This document shows positions 11,104-21,105 of a stretch of DNA of 64,000 nt, one piece after another. The position numbers and the translations under genes are program-made. This stretch comes from Tubiluchus corallicola (lineage: Eukaryota > Animalia > Priapulida): contig JAQGDQ010000347.1 in assembly GCA_030141605.1 (NCBI GenBank), forward strand, positions 131,959-195,958, given 5' to 3'. Positions within the stretch are counted from its first letter, which is position 1. The number at the start of each line of letters is the position of its first letter. Below the pieces are notes generated by a model, which was not told the DNA's origin, ran no database searches, and saw only the letters and a list, made by a program, of their open reading frames with translations.

Positions 11104-11136
11104 ATCTATATCATATTGTGGGTTTGCAAAAGAGTG

Positions 11137-12144
11137 TTACATTTTACGAATTTTGATATTGCGAAACCATACATCATCACCGTGATCCTGTAGTCCTATG
11201 TAGCCTTTTTTAGGAACTTTTGCCCATGCAGGGTTAAGTTTTGGGAACTTTGAACCGGCAACCAGTTTTTCCCATTCAGGAGTCCAGAGATGATACTCCA
11301 GCACTGTTTCTCCATTTTGTTTGTGTACTACGGTACCTCTGTCGCAAATAACTTCAACAGAGTTCCACTCTCCTGCTGGGTTTGCATTTTGAGGCTTTGC
11401 AGGGATAAGATCATAGAGTGATCCGGCTTTTCTGTTGCCATCTTTTCCGAGAAGAGCATCGGGGTGGCGGTCGTTATCAAGGATCTGCATTTCAGGCGCA
11501 GTTTTCCAGATATAATCCAGTTTTTCTTCTCCGAGGTAGAATATACCGGAGTTTCCACCCTCGGAAATTTTCCACTCTAGTTTCAAATGGAAATTGTCAA
11601 ACTCCTCATTAAAAATAATATCCCCTCCATCTTTAGCGCCTGCTTCGCCACGACCTGAGCCTTTGCACATAATAGTTCCGTCTGTAATTGACCACGCCTT
11701 GGGGAAATGATTCTTTTTATAGCCTCTCCAGCCGTTGCTTGTTTTTCCATCGAATAGTAGTATCCATCCATTAGATTTTTCACTTTTAGTCAATGTATTC
11801 AGAGAGGCACATTTTGCTTTTTTAGCTGCGCAGCAGCTTTTTTCACCTTTGGTGCATTTACTTCTGCTACATCCTGCTCCTTTAGATGGGCAGCGTTTCT
11901 CACCTTTGGTGCATTTTGTTCCTTTGGATGCGCAGCAGCTTTTTTTATCTTTAGTACATTTTGCTTTTTTAGCTGCGCAGCAGCTTTTTTTATCTTTGGT
12001 ACATTTTGCTTTTTTAGCTGCACAGCAACTTTTCTCACTCTTATGTTTATGTCCCGTTGCTTTAGAGGATTTGTTATCGGAACTACTACAGCAACTGGCT
12101 ATGGTAAAAGCTACAACAACCAGTAACAGGGTAATTTTTTTCAT
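11137..12144 (-). CDS. DUF1080 (3-keto-disaccharide hydrolase family) lipoprotein with a Cys/Lys-rich repeat linker
   Basis: Lipobox IASC; GWILLFDGKT…GWR, EWKISEGGNSGIFY, PEMQILD, GEWN, GYIGLQDHG…VWFRNIKIR. Confidence 0.93.
   Translation of the reverse strand: MKKITLLLVVVAFTIASCCSSSDNKSSKATGHKHKSEKSCCAAKKAKCTKDKKSCCAAKKAKCTKDKKSCCASKGTKCTKGEKRCPSKGAGCSRSKCTKGEKSCCAAKKAKCASLNTLTKSEKSNGWILLFDGKTSNGWRGYKKNHFPKAWSITDGTIMCKGSGRGEAGAKDGGDIIFNEEFDNFHLKLEWKISEGGNSGIFYLGEEKLDYIWKTAPEMQILDNDRHPDALLGKDGNRKAGSLYDLIPAKPQNANPAGEWNSVEVICDRGTVVHKQNGETVLEYHLWTPEWEKLVAGSKFPKLNPAWAKVPKKGYIGLQDHGDDVWFRNIKIRKM
11810..12031 (-). repeat. 45-bp (15-aa, KSCCAAKKAKCTKDK) tandem repeat, about 5 units
   Basis: CATTTTGCTTTTTTAGCTGCGCAGCAGCTTTTTT recurs on the + strand, with one degenerate unit. 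Confidence 0.92.
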
Positions 12145-12271
12145 TATTTTTCTATTTTAATTTATTTTTATGTTAATGTCTGTATGCAAAAGTATAAAAA
12201 TTTTATAATGTTGCCCACATAAAAGTGAATGATAATTCAACCAGGCTTTATTAGCATCTTTTTGAAAACAA

Positions 12272-13623
12272 TAGTTCGTTAAATAATCATGCAGCGATAG
12301 TGCCGTAAGTTATTAATTCTCTGATTTTGGATTTATTTTTGGTTAAGTTTGGTCTCACCGCGAACACGCTAAAAAATCTATTTAGCAGTAATTCATTGTG
12401 ATACATTGTTTTTATATCGGCCATAGAAAAAGCATTTCTATTGATTTTTGGTATAGCTAACCAGTGGTTAATCTTGGCCAAATTGACTGCAGTAAGAGAC
12501 GCATTAAAATGAAAATGTAATTTATTTTCACTTCTTGCCTGACAGTCTTTCAATCCGGTATATTGTTTTGCATCTCTGTAAATGAACTCAATCTGGAATC
12601 TGGCTTGATAATATTCAAGAATCGTCTCGGCTTTCATTTGCAAATCAGTAGAGAAGTATAACTTGTGAGACCACTTTCGGGATGTTCCTTTTGTAAAAAC
12701 AACAACAAGATTAACATCTCGTTTTAATGATTTTGCATAAACTGTTGCTCCGTATATTTTGCATTTTTCGTTTTGCTCAAAGCATTCAAAATATTTTGAT
12801 TTTAAATTATCAAAGTCAATCTTTCCTTCATATTTTCTAGGTCTTCCTCTACCAGCTTTTTGCTGACCATAAAATTTGTATTGTAAGTTAGCATCATCTC
12901 TCAGGCGACTAATCACTTCAAATCCATTTTCGCAAAGCTTGGTTACAAACTTATTCTTTGAAAAATAGGCATCTGCCAAAACGTATTTTGATACACATAA
13001 CAGATTGTCCTTGCGTTGAATCAAAACATTTGCGTAATGATCAACCAGACTTTCTGCTTCAAGATTATTAGGGGTTTGAAATAGCTTCTAAATGAAAAGC
13101 TGTATGATTATCAATATCAACGGCTGCTATTCCTGCAATCTCTAAGCCCCATTTTGTTTTGCCGGCACATCCTGACCAAAAGTAACCAGCCCCAGATGTA
13201 TGCTTTCCTGACTTGCTTATATAGCTTGGATCAAAGGCTATGGCTTGATGGTTGCTTGCGTAATGGATTACCGACTCTTTGTTAAAAGTCATAAAATCAA
13301 ACCCTTTTTCAAATTGATATCTATAACGTTGCTCACAGTGATTTCCATATCTACCAAATTGAAAAAAGTTCATCTTTCCTTTGATACTAAGAAATAGTCC
13401 GAAGATGTCTAGCATAAAATCGAATTGCCACTTATTTATTCCTTCCATTTGGTTTAAAATCATTTTTACCTGATCTTTATATCTTGATATTTCCTTGATA
13501 ATCATGTCTAAAATTGTCGGTCAAAAACAACTTTAAGATACTGATTATCAGGGGGATTATCCTAATTTTTTCAACATTTATTTTATTGATTGTCAGATAT
13601 TTATGTAAATGTTTAACGAACTA
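12272..13623 (-). mobile_element. Insertion sequence of about 1.35 kb, DDE_5-type (IS701/IS4-like)
   Basis: Terminal inverted repeats TAGTTCGTTAAA (12272) and TTTAACGAACTA (13623) enclose a transposase. Confidence 0.88.
12287..13505 (-). pseudogene. DDE transposase, frameshifted (ORFs 13068..13505 and 12287..13024)
   Basis: AFDPSYISKSGK, LADAYF, YQARFQIEFIYRDAKQ. An extra T at about 13080 turns EAIQTP into EAISNP*. Confidence 0.88.
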
Positions 13624-15183
13624 TTGTTTATAGTATCGGCTCTTTTTTCGGAACCTTTTTCTCCATAGCAGCCAGCCACTGATTACCACTATAGCCCCTG
13701 TTAGTCCGCTTAATGGAACGACCAATATATAAAAATCGCCGATAAGCCCCTTAAATATTCTACCCGTATGGATTTCCAAAGAGAGGTTCCACAAGGATAT
13801 TTTTGCCCCTTCCAGTATGTATAGTGGCATTTCAGGAAATTCAATACTGTGATACAGAGGCACTGCTCCTTTATCGTAATCAACCATGTATCGCTTCCCT
13901 TCAACATTAGTCACTATACCTGTAACTTTAAAGTCCCCGACAGGTTTGCCGGTTGCATCACCTTTATAAACTTCGCCCTGCGCATAGTTATACACTTCAG
14001 GTCGTGAGGGGTCCCATATAAATAACCCGCTAAATGAACCTATTAGATACTCTTCATCGGCGTACGGCTGCAAGGTATTTATCCCCATCACACTCACAGG
14101 CGGCTGGTTTTGGAAAGGAGTTAGAAGAGTGCTGCTCCTGTTCATATAGAACATACCCTCAGAGGTAGATATCAGGAATATATCTCTGGCGTTATCATAC
14201 AGGATGTCTCTCAACTTATCATACCAAGGATTGGGCTGGTCCAGATGCGAATACTTAACAGGCTTAACCTTCAGTTTTGCAATAGCAATCAACAGAGGCG
14301 GACGAAGAAATATTCCCGTGAGAAACACAATAGCCAGAAATATAAATGTCCACTCCCCTATTTTATTATGCCATTTTAACGACCATTTATTAACCCTAAT
14401 AACCGTTTTTGCTTTTTTGCGACGCTTTTTACGCCTTCTGATCCATCCCGGGAAAAAGAAGTATGTGATCCCTGTTATTGACAGAAATATAGTTGCAACT
14501 CCCAATAGATCAACAAATAACTTCCCCGATATTCCAAATATCTCACCCGAGTGTATTTGCCAAATAGTTTTAAAAAGGGTTACCTCATTTTTAAACCCAG
14601 CAGGCTTTGACAGCTCAATTTTTTCAAAACGGGTATAGATTCCGTCCGATTTACCCTTAAAGAGATATGAGCGGTTTAAGGCGTATAGTGTATCCCCAAC
14701 ACTTTCAATAGCTACAAATCGCTTAATATCCACCTCCAGTTTAAACCTCTCCCACTGTTTTGAGGTGGGGTTAAAAGCAAACAGTCCGGAATGTGTAGCT
14801 GTATAGAGGCTGCCATCACCAGAGAGGTGAACATCAAATACTTTCCGGCTGTCAACTCCTTTGGGGAAACCGTTATTTAGCGGGCGGTAGGAGTGAAAAG
14901 CGGAATCTGTTACCCATATTCCAATGTTGCCATACACCAGTATGCTGTCTTTTGTGATTATCAGATTTCCTTTAAGAGCACTATTGTTCCAATTTTGGTA
15001 ATTAAACCCTTCAGGAAGGTATTTCCTGCTGATATCCACACCTGAAAAAAGCTCCCGGTGGTTCATAATCACCCCTGTTATTCCATAGTACAGCAGGATA
15101 AAAGAGATAATCAGCCCAGGCCACTTGTGTAACTTTTTATAAACGGAGGCCTTTGCAGAACGTTTTCCTGTTTTCTGTTTCAC
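13621..15183 (-). CDS. PepSY-associated TM helix domain membrane protein
   Basis: KKLHKWPGL…ITGVIMNH; WQIHSGEIFG; KWHNKIG; LEIHTGRIF histidine motifs. Confidence 0.85.
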   Translation of the reverse strand: MKQKTGKRSAKASVYKKLHKWPGLIISFILLYYGITGVIMNHRELFSGVDISRKYLPEGFNYQNWNNSALKGNLIITKDSILVYGNIGIWVTDSAFHSYRPLNNGFPKGVDSRKVFDVHLSGDGSLYTATHSGLFAFNPTSKQWERFKLEVDIKRFVAIESVGDTLYALNRSYLFKGKSDGIYTRFEKIELSKPAGFKNEVTLFKTIWQIHSGEIFGISGKLFVDLLGVATIFLSITGITYFFFPGWIRRRKKRRKKAKTVIRVNKWSLKWHNKIGEWTFIFLAIVFLTGIFLRPPLLIAIAKLKVKPVKYSHLDQPNPWYDKLRDILYDNARDIFLISTSEGMFYMNRSSTLLTPFQNQPPVSVMGINTLQPYADEEYLIGSFSGLFIWDPSRPEVYNYAQGEVYKGDATGKPVGDFKVTGIVTNVEGKRYMVDYDKGAVPLYHSIEFPEMPLYILEGAKISLWNLSLEIHTGRIFKGLIGDFYILVVPLSGLTGAIVVISGWLLWRKRFRKKSRYYKQ

Positions 15184-15211
15184 CGTACTTCTTTAGAGTA
15201 TTATAAATATT

Positions 15212-16657
15212 TTAATGCTTTTTTCTTCTTATCTTAATATTCATATAAGCTAACACTACAGTGGTTAACGGACTTATAATATTGAAGAACGCATAGGGAA
15301 GGTAGTCAAAAGTTGAGACACCCAGCACTCTCGACTGTGTGGCACCACAGGTGTTCCATGGGATAAGGACGGATACAACCGTTCCCGAATCTTCGAGAGT
15401 ACGGCTTAGCACTTCCGGTTTGAGCCCGCTGTCACGGTATGTTTTTGCAAACATGCGTCCCGGAATAACAATAGAGAGGTACTGATCGGATGATGTGAAA
15501 TTGAAGAATATACAGCTGCACACTGTAGACAGGACGAGTGAACCAGTGCTTTTAGCCATGCCCAGTATAGAGCGTACAATACGTTTGAGCAATCCTCCCG
15601 CTTCCATCGTACCTCCAAAAATCATTGCAGACAATATCAGCCATACTGTGTTGAGCATACCGCTCATGCCGGATGTATTTAGCAGATTGTTTATATCGGT
15701 ATTGGGTGTTACTACAGATACGCTGCCAAACATAGCTTTGAGAACAGCAATATATGATGCTTTTGCAAAGCTTCCGCTAGTCTCTGCTATGCTTTTCACT
15801 ATTTCGGGTTGGAATATAACAGCAAAAATCCCGCCCAGCACACTGCCAAACAGAAGAGCTGGTAGAGGCGGGGTCTTTTTTATTATGGCAATTAACAGCG
15901 CAACAGGAACAATAAAAAGGAGTGGCGATATCCTGAAAGAGCTGTCAATAGCCATTCTGACATTATCAACGCTATCAATCATCCCCTCTGCCGAGTGCCG
16001 GAATCCTATTACTATAAATATTACAAGAGTGATCGACAATGTCGGGATTGTTGTTAGCATCATATATCGAATATGCACAAAAATATCCGTTCCTGCCATA
16101 GCCGACGCAAGATTGGTAGTGTCGGAGAGTGGTGACATTTTATCGCCAAAGTATGCTCCGCTTATAATTGCACCGGCAACTACCGCTTCGTTAAATCCGA
16201 GAGCCTTACCTATTCCCAGCAGGGCTATACCAATGGTTGCCACAGTAGACCATGAGCTGCCAGTAACAATAGAGACAATTGCGGATACAATAACGGCAGA
16301 GAAGAGGAACAACCCAGTGTTGACAATATCAAGTCCGTAATAGATCATTGCAGGAATTACTCCGCTAATCATCCATGTGCCTGCCAGTGAACCAATCAGT
16401 AGCAGAATAAGCACAGATGGCATAGCTGTGGTAATTGCCTTTAAAATACTCCCCTGTATTTGCACCCATGAGCAACCCAGACGTGCAGAAATAACGGCAG
16501 CAATAGAGCCGGCAAGTAGCAGTACTATCTGGTTTGACCCGTCTAATGTATCGTCAAACAGCGATACATTAAGGCTCAAAAGTACTACAAGAACTGCAAA
16601 AGGCACAAGGGCAAGCCGTAGGCTGGCAGTTTTTGGTGGAAGAGTTGCGCTTTTCAT
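15212..16657 (-). CDS. nhaC: NhaC-family Na+/H+ antiporter / transporter
   Basis: GSSWSTVATIG, GAYFGDKMSPLSDTTNLA, LSRTLEDSGT…PWNTCG. Confidence 0.9.
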   Translation of the reverse strand: MKSATLPPKTASLRLALVPFAVLVVLLSLNVSLFDDTLDGSNQIVLLLAGSIAAVISARLGCSWVQIQGSILKAITTAMPSVLILLLIGSLAGTWMISGVIPAMIYYGLDIVNTGLFLFSAVIVSAIVSIVTGSSWSTVATIGIALLGIGKALGFNEAVVAGAIISGAYFGDKMSPLSDTTNLASAMAGTDIFVHIRYMMLTTIPTLSITLVIFIVIGFRHSAEGMIDSVDNVRMAIDSSFRISPLLFIVPVALLIAIIKKTPPLPALLFGSVLGGIFAVIFQPEIVKSIAETSGSFAKASYIAVLKAMFGSVSVVTPNTDINNLLNTSGMSGMLNTVWLILSAMIFGGTMEAGGLLKRIVRSILGMAKSTGSLVLSTVCSCIFFNFTSSDQYLSIVIPGRMFAKTYRDSGLKPEVLSRTLEDSGTVVSVLIPWNTCGATQSRVLGVSTFDYLPYAFFNIISPLTTVVLAYMNIKIRRKKH

Positions 16658-16829
16658 ATATTTGCCTTACAAAGGAGCAATAACTTTACATTAGTTGAAA
16701 GAAAAGAGGCTGTCCGGTAACTTTTACAGGACAACCTCTCCGGTTTTAATATTTTACACTTACCTCAATATTTATTAATCAGATATTGGTATGAAAGCAT
16801 CTGTTCTTAACAGTAGCAGAGCAAATATC

Positions 16830-17678
16830 CTACACAAATTTTGCGCTGTTGAGGTAGTTAAAGCTGGTGGTTATATCCTCCCATATATCCCCTTTGTAGC
16901 GATCCTGCTCAATAAAAAACTTTTTCATTCCCGCTTTCTCCCGGGCGGCAAAGATTTTTTCAAAGTTTATGGTGCCGGTACCCACAGGAGCAAATGTTTT
17001 TTCCTGCGAATCCTCCATATCTTTGACATGCCACAATTCACTACGGCCAGGGAACTTATCAAAAAATTTCAACGCATCCTGTCCCCCTTTTTCAATCCAG
17101 TAAAGGTCAAGCTCCATTTTTATCAACTCACTGCCATTTCTTAACATTACCTCCATAGGAATCTCTCCCTCCATGGGGATAAACTCAAAATCATGGTTAT
17201 GGTATGCAAAGACCAGCCCATGCCTGTTAGCCGATTCTGCCATTTGAGAAAGCATCTCTCCGCTACGCTTGTAGTCGTCAATACTTCTCCTCTGATTTTC
17301 CGGCAGATAGGGGTATACAATATATTTGCACCCAGCTTCCGCATGTGCCTCACACACCCTGTCTGCAACTTCAGGGGTAAAAACAGAGTGGCTGGAGTTA
17401 AGCGTCAGCCCCATATCTTTTAGCACTCTTGTAAACTCTCTTGGAGCCATGTTATAAAACTTACCGTTGGCATACCCTGCAGCTTCAACAGAGTTGTAGC
17501 CAATATCCGCTATTTTGCGGAGAGAGCCTTCAAGGTCTTCATTTAGCTGTTTGCGTATTGTGTAAATCTGTAGTCCTATCTCTTTAGAGTTACAACAGCA
17601 CGAAGCCAAAGAGGGAGCAATTGCAGCGCCAGCTGCAAAAAATGTTGATTTTCTGATAAAGTCGCGTCTAGTACCCAT
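16830..17678 (-). CDS. Tat-exported sugar phosphate isomerase/epimerase (AP-endonuclease-2 TIM barrel)
   Basis: TRRDFIR Tat motif; GLQIYTIR, VEAAG, YHNHDFEF, ELDLYW, WHVKD, FIEQD. Confidence 0.9.
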   Translation of the reverse strand: MGTRRDFIRKSTFFAAGAAIAPSLASCCCNSKEIGLQIYTIRKQLNEDLEGSLRKIADIGYNSVEAAGYANGKFYNMAPREFTRVLKDMGLTLNSSHSVFTPEVADRVCEAHAEAGCKYIVYPYLPENQRRSIDDYKRSGEMLSQMAESANRHGLVFAYHNHDFEFIPMEGEIPMEVMLRNGSELIKMELDLYWIEKGGQDALKFFDKFPGRSELWHVKDMEDSQEKTFAPVGTGTINFEKIFAAREKAGMKKFFIEQDRYKGDIWEDITTSFNYLNSAKFV

Positions 17679-18129
17679 GTTCTAATTTAATTATAGTTAA
17701 GTTAAAAAAATCGGTTTAGTAACTTTGCGAAGCACATCTTACTATTTAATATTTTAGTCAAAATCCTCTCCAAACTTCTCATTTACGTCAGTAAACTGCG
17801 GCTTTTCATCGAACTCCTACTCAATCTGGACTGAAATCTCTCGCCCTGCAAAGACCCCTTATTAATTACCACTTTTCGGACTTAAAGATATAAAGAAAAC
17901 CTCAACCGGACAATTTAAAACTTGGGGTAACCCACTAATAAGGAAAAGGATGAGACCTCTCTCTGCAAAGCTTACCTCTCTCGATGCCATTTTTGTCAAA
18001 CCCCTCAACCACGCGTGTATACCAAATTTTCATTACCTCTCTTCAGCGTAACCCAAAGCATTTTGCATCACAAGGCCTAAGCCTGCATTAATGCTTTAAT
18101 AAAGAGAGAAATACAGGACACCATGAAAA

Positions 18130-19278
18130 TTATTCAAATATATTTTTCACTTTATCAAAGAATCGTTTACCCTGAGCTGCATGCTTACTATCAAAATTAT
18201 CCGAGGCTCTCAGCTTCTCCATAACCTTCTTCTCTTCTGCAGAGAGCTTTTTGGGTATCCATGCATTAATCCTCACCAAGATATCCCCCTTTCCGTATCC
18301 GTTTAGGTCCGGCAGTCCCTTGCCTCTTAGCCGTAATGTTTTTTGAGGCTGAGTACCCGCATCAATTTTCACTTTCACTTTTCCGCTTACAGTAGGGATC
18401 TCTGATGTAGTCCCGAGTGCTAGGTCAGGGACAGAAAGGAAAAGATTAAAAATCAGGTCATTCCCGTCACGATACAGGTCAGGGTGGGGCTCCTCATGTA
18501 TAAGGACAAAAAGATCGCCGGCAACTCCCCCCCTTCGGGCAGCATTACCCTTGCCACTGACAGAAAGCTGCATTCCTTCAGCAACTCCAGCAGGTACTTT
18601 TATGGAGATAACCTCTTCACCGCGAACTATACCTTCGCCATAACAGGTATCGCACTTTTGTGAAATAATCCTCCCCTCTCCCCCACACTCCGGACATGAC
18701 GATGGCGTTTGTATTTTCCCGAGAAGGGTGTTGCTTACCCTTGTGACCTGTCCCGAGCCGTGACAAGTAGAGCATGTGGTATAACCGCTACTACCTCTAG
18801 CACCGCTTCCATGACAAGTATCACAGGGGATATATTTTTTTACCTTGATTTTTTTCTCCACTCCATGGAGTATATCTTTTAGCGAAAGAGTCACTTTAAC
18901 TCTTAAATTGGAGCCCCTGTTTACATGCCGGGTATGTCCACTTTGCCCAAACCCTCCAAAACTACTGCCAAACCCACCGCCTCCAAAAATATCTCCAAAC
19001 ATGGAGAATATATCGTCCATCGACATTCTTTCCCCAAAACCTCCCTGCCCGGACATTCCTGCATGGCCAAACTGATCGTACCTCTGGCGTTTTTGAGAAT
19101 CGCTTAACACCTCATAGGCTTCCGCTGCCTCTTTAAACTTTTCTTCAGCCACATTATCTCCCGGATTTTTGTCAGGGTGATACTGTATAGCCTTTTTACG
19201 ATAAGCCTTTTTTATATCTTCCACTGAAGAGCTACGGTCTACCCCCAGCACCTCATAGTAGTCTCTTTTTTCTGCCAT
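18130..19278 (-). CDS. dnaJ: Chaperone DnaJ
   Basis: J domain with HPD, G/F-rich region, four CxxCxGxG motifs. Confidence 0.97.
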   Translation of the reverse strand: MAEKRDYYEVLGVDRSSSVEDIKKAYRKKAIQYHPDKNPGDNVAEEKFKEAAEAYEVLSDSQKRQRYDQFGHAGMSGQGGFGERMSMDDIFSMFGDIFGGGGFGSSFGGFGQSGHTRHVNRGSNLRVKVTLSLKDILHGVEKKIKVKKYIPCDTCHGSGARGSSGYTTCSTCHGSGQVTRVSNTLLGKIQTPSSCPECGGEGRIISQKCDTCYGEGIVRGEEVISIKVPAGVAEGMQLSVSGKGNAARRGGVAGDLFVLIHEEPHPDLYRDGNDLIFNLFLSVPDLALGTTSEIPTVSGKVKVKIDAGTQPQKTLRLRGKGLPDLNGYGKGDILVRINAWIPKKLSAEEKKVMEKLRASDNFDSKHAAQGKRFFDKVKNIFE

Positions 19279-19463
19279 TTAATCTGTTTCCTTATTTACA
19301 ATGAGAAACCTTATACAAAACTCATCTATTTTATTAAATATTTTCGTCAAAGTCCCCTTAAAAATCATCACTTACACTAGCAAACCGCTATTTTTTATCG
19401 AATTTTCCCTCAATACAAGCCAAAATCTCTCATATTGCAAGGGTCCCGAAATTGAATAAGCCT

Positions 19464-20051
19464 CTATTCGCCAATCACTACTTTTGCAAACCTTATTACT
19501 TTATCGTTCAGCAGGTACCCTTTTTGAACGACATCTATAATCTTGCCTTTTAGCTCCTCACTTGGTGAAGGTATTTTTGTCATCGCTTCATGCATATCAG
19601 TATCAAACTCCTTCTCTTTTGTGTCAATCTCTTTTACTCCATTTTTATCAAGGAACTCTTTGAATTTATTGTATATCAGTGTAACTCCGCTTTTGACTGC
19701 ATTCTCATCGTGCTCATTCTCCATCGACTGCACAGCACGATCAAAATCGTCAATAACAGGTAGAATGCTGGTAAGAATATCTTCCCCGGCCAGCCTGGTA
19801 AGTTCCATTTTCTCCTTGAGCGTTCGTTTCCGATAGTTGTCAAACTCTGCCGACAACCTAACGTATTTATCTTCCGCCTCTTTTACAGCTATTTCAAGCT
19901 TTTCTATTTTGCCCTTGCTGCTCCCGGAACTCTTCTTCCTGCTTTTTGCCTGAGATGCACTCTTATCTTGCTTTACACTTTTTTCTTTTGAGTCCTCTTT
20001 CTCTTTTGGTTTTTCTTCTGCCAGCTTTTTCTTGTCACTCTCTTTGCTCAT
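19464..20051 (-). CDS. grpE: Nucleotide exchange factor GrpE
   Basis: RLSAEFDNYRKR, LPVIDDFDRA, FDTDMHEA, QKGYLLNDKVIRFAKV. Likely ATG at 20051. Confidence 0.95.
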   Translation of the reverse strand: MSKESDKKKLAEEKPKEKEDSKEKSVKQDKSASQAKSRKKSSGSSKGKIEKLEIAVKEAEDKYVRLSAEFDNYRKRTLKEKMELTRLAGEDILTSILPVIDDFDRAVQSMENEHDENAVKSGVTLIYNKFKEFLDKNGVKEIDTKEKEFDTDMHEAMTKIPSPSEELKGKIIDVVQKGYLLNDKVIRFAKVVIGE

Positions 20052-20664
20052 ATTTTGTAATAATTTTTGATAACCATTATATAAATTTGGTGGCAAAAAT
20101 AATTTAAATTAGTCTTTTACTATTCAAAAATAATATCTTTTTCTATTTTTAAACTAGTCTTCTGCTGCTTTATTTAGCATCGAAATACTCTAAAAACTCT
20201 TTGCGAAACTCTTTCACTTTCATCGCAAATCAAATTTTATATTAGCAAAAATAACCACTATTGAGTAGAGGTCATTTCATCTCTTTTTCAAGCTATTAAA
20301 ACACCTGTTTAATCTTCCTCCTTTTTTCAATGAATATAAACGGTGGATATATGCAATGTAGGTGATTTGCGTGAAGCTTTTCTGTCAAACTGCTACGCAA
20401 TTTATGCGGGTTACGAACCTTAATATTTTACATTTCCACCTGCCATTACTCATACATGATGTGTCCTATCTTTTTATTTGTTTTCATATTGTGCCAATTG
20501 CTTTGTTATTAACATTTTACACATTTTGAAATTTTGAGATACTTTGGCATAAAACTATATTTGGACAATGGATGTATGGTAATTTGTATGTCAAAAAATA
20601 AATCAAAAAATATAGTAAAAACAACAACTTAAAGATATAGCAATAAATCTCAAAATATATAAAT

Positions 20665-21105
20665 ATGGCAAATAAAGTAAGTACTGCAATTGTATTGTTT
20701 AAAAAAAGAGCTAAGAATAACGGCAAATACCCGGCAAAGCTAAGAGTAACTCACCTCAGAAACCAAAGATATTTTGGTATTGATAACAAAGAACGTATAT
20801 ATGAATTTACACCTGCCGAATTTGATAAAATTATTGCTCCAAAACCAAGAGGTATTTATAAGGACATTGCTTTGGAGTTTTCCTTAATAGAGAAAAAAGC
20901 AGAGGAGATAATTAAAAAGCTTCCTGCATTCTGTTTTGATGACTTCAAAGCTTTGTGGGGAATAAAAGGAATTACAAGCAATATTATTACCTTCTTTGAT
21001 GAACGATATAAAACACTTGAAAAAGAAGAAAGCAACCAACGGTGGAATTTTAGTGGCACTAAAAAATTACTCCTTAAGTTCTTTAAGAAAGAGAAGTATA
21101 TTGAC
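20665..21105 (+). pseudogene. Tyrosine integrase N-terminal fragment (Arm-DNA-binding + SAM-like), truncated by IS
   Basis: KRAKNNGKYPAKLRVTHLRNQRYF is typical of Bacteroidetes integrase arm-binding domains. The frame runs into the IS end at 21106, and no catalytic domain follows. Confidence 0.78.

Noticed and set aside
11735-12160. Alternative ORFs over the Cys-rich repeat (11735..12160 +, 11799..12038 -)
   Set aside because: They are shadows of the 45-bp repeat. The DUF1080 frame has the signal peptide and the conserved domain.
15495-16340. Long antisense ORFs (e.g. 281 aa opposite nhaC, 174 aa opposite rpoD)
   Set aside because: They fully overlap well-conserved genes on the other strand and have no recognisable motifs.
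20400-20425. GCGGGTTACGAACC as the displaced tRNA 3' half
   Set aside because: The match is too short, with no acceptor stem or anticodon-arm sequence around it.
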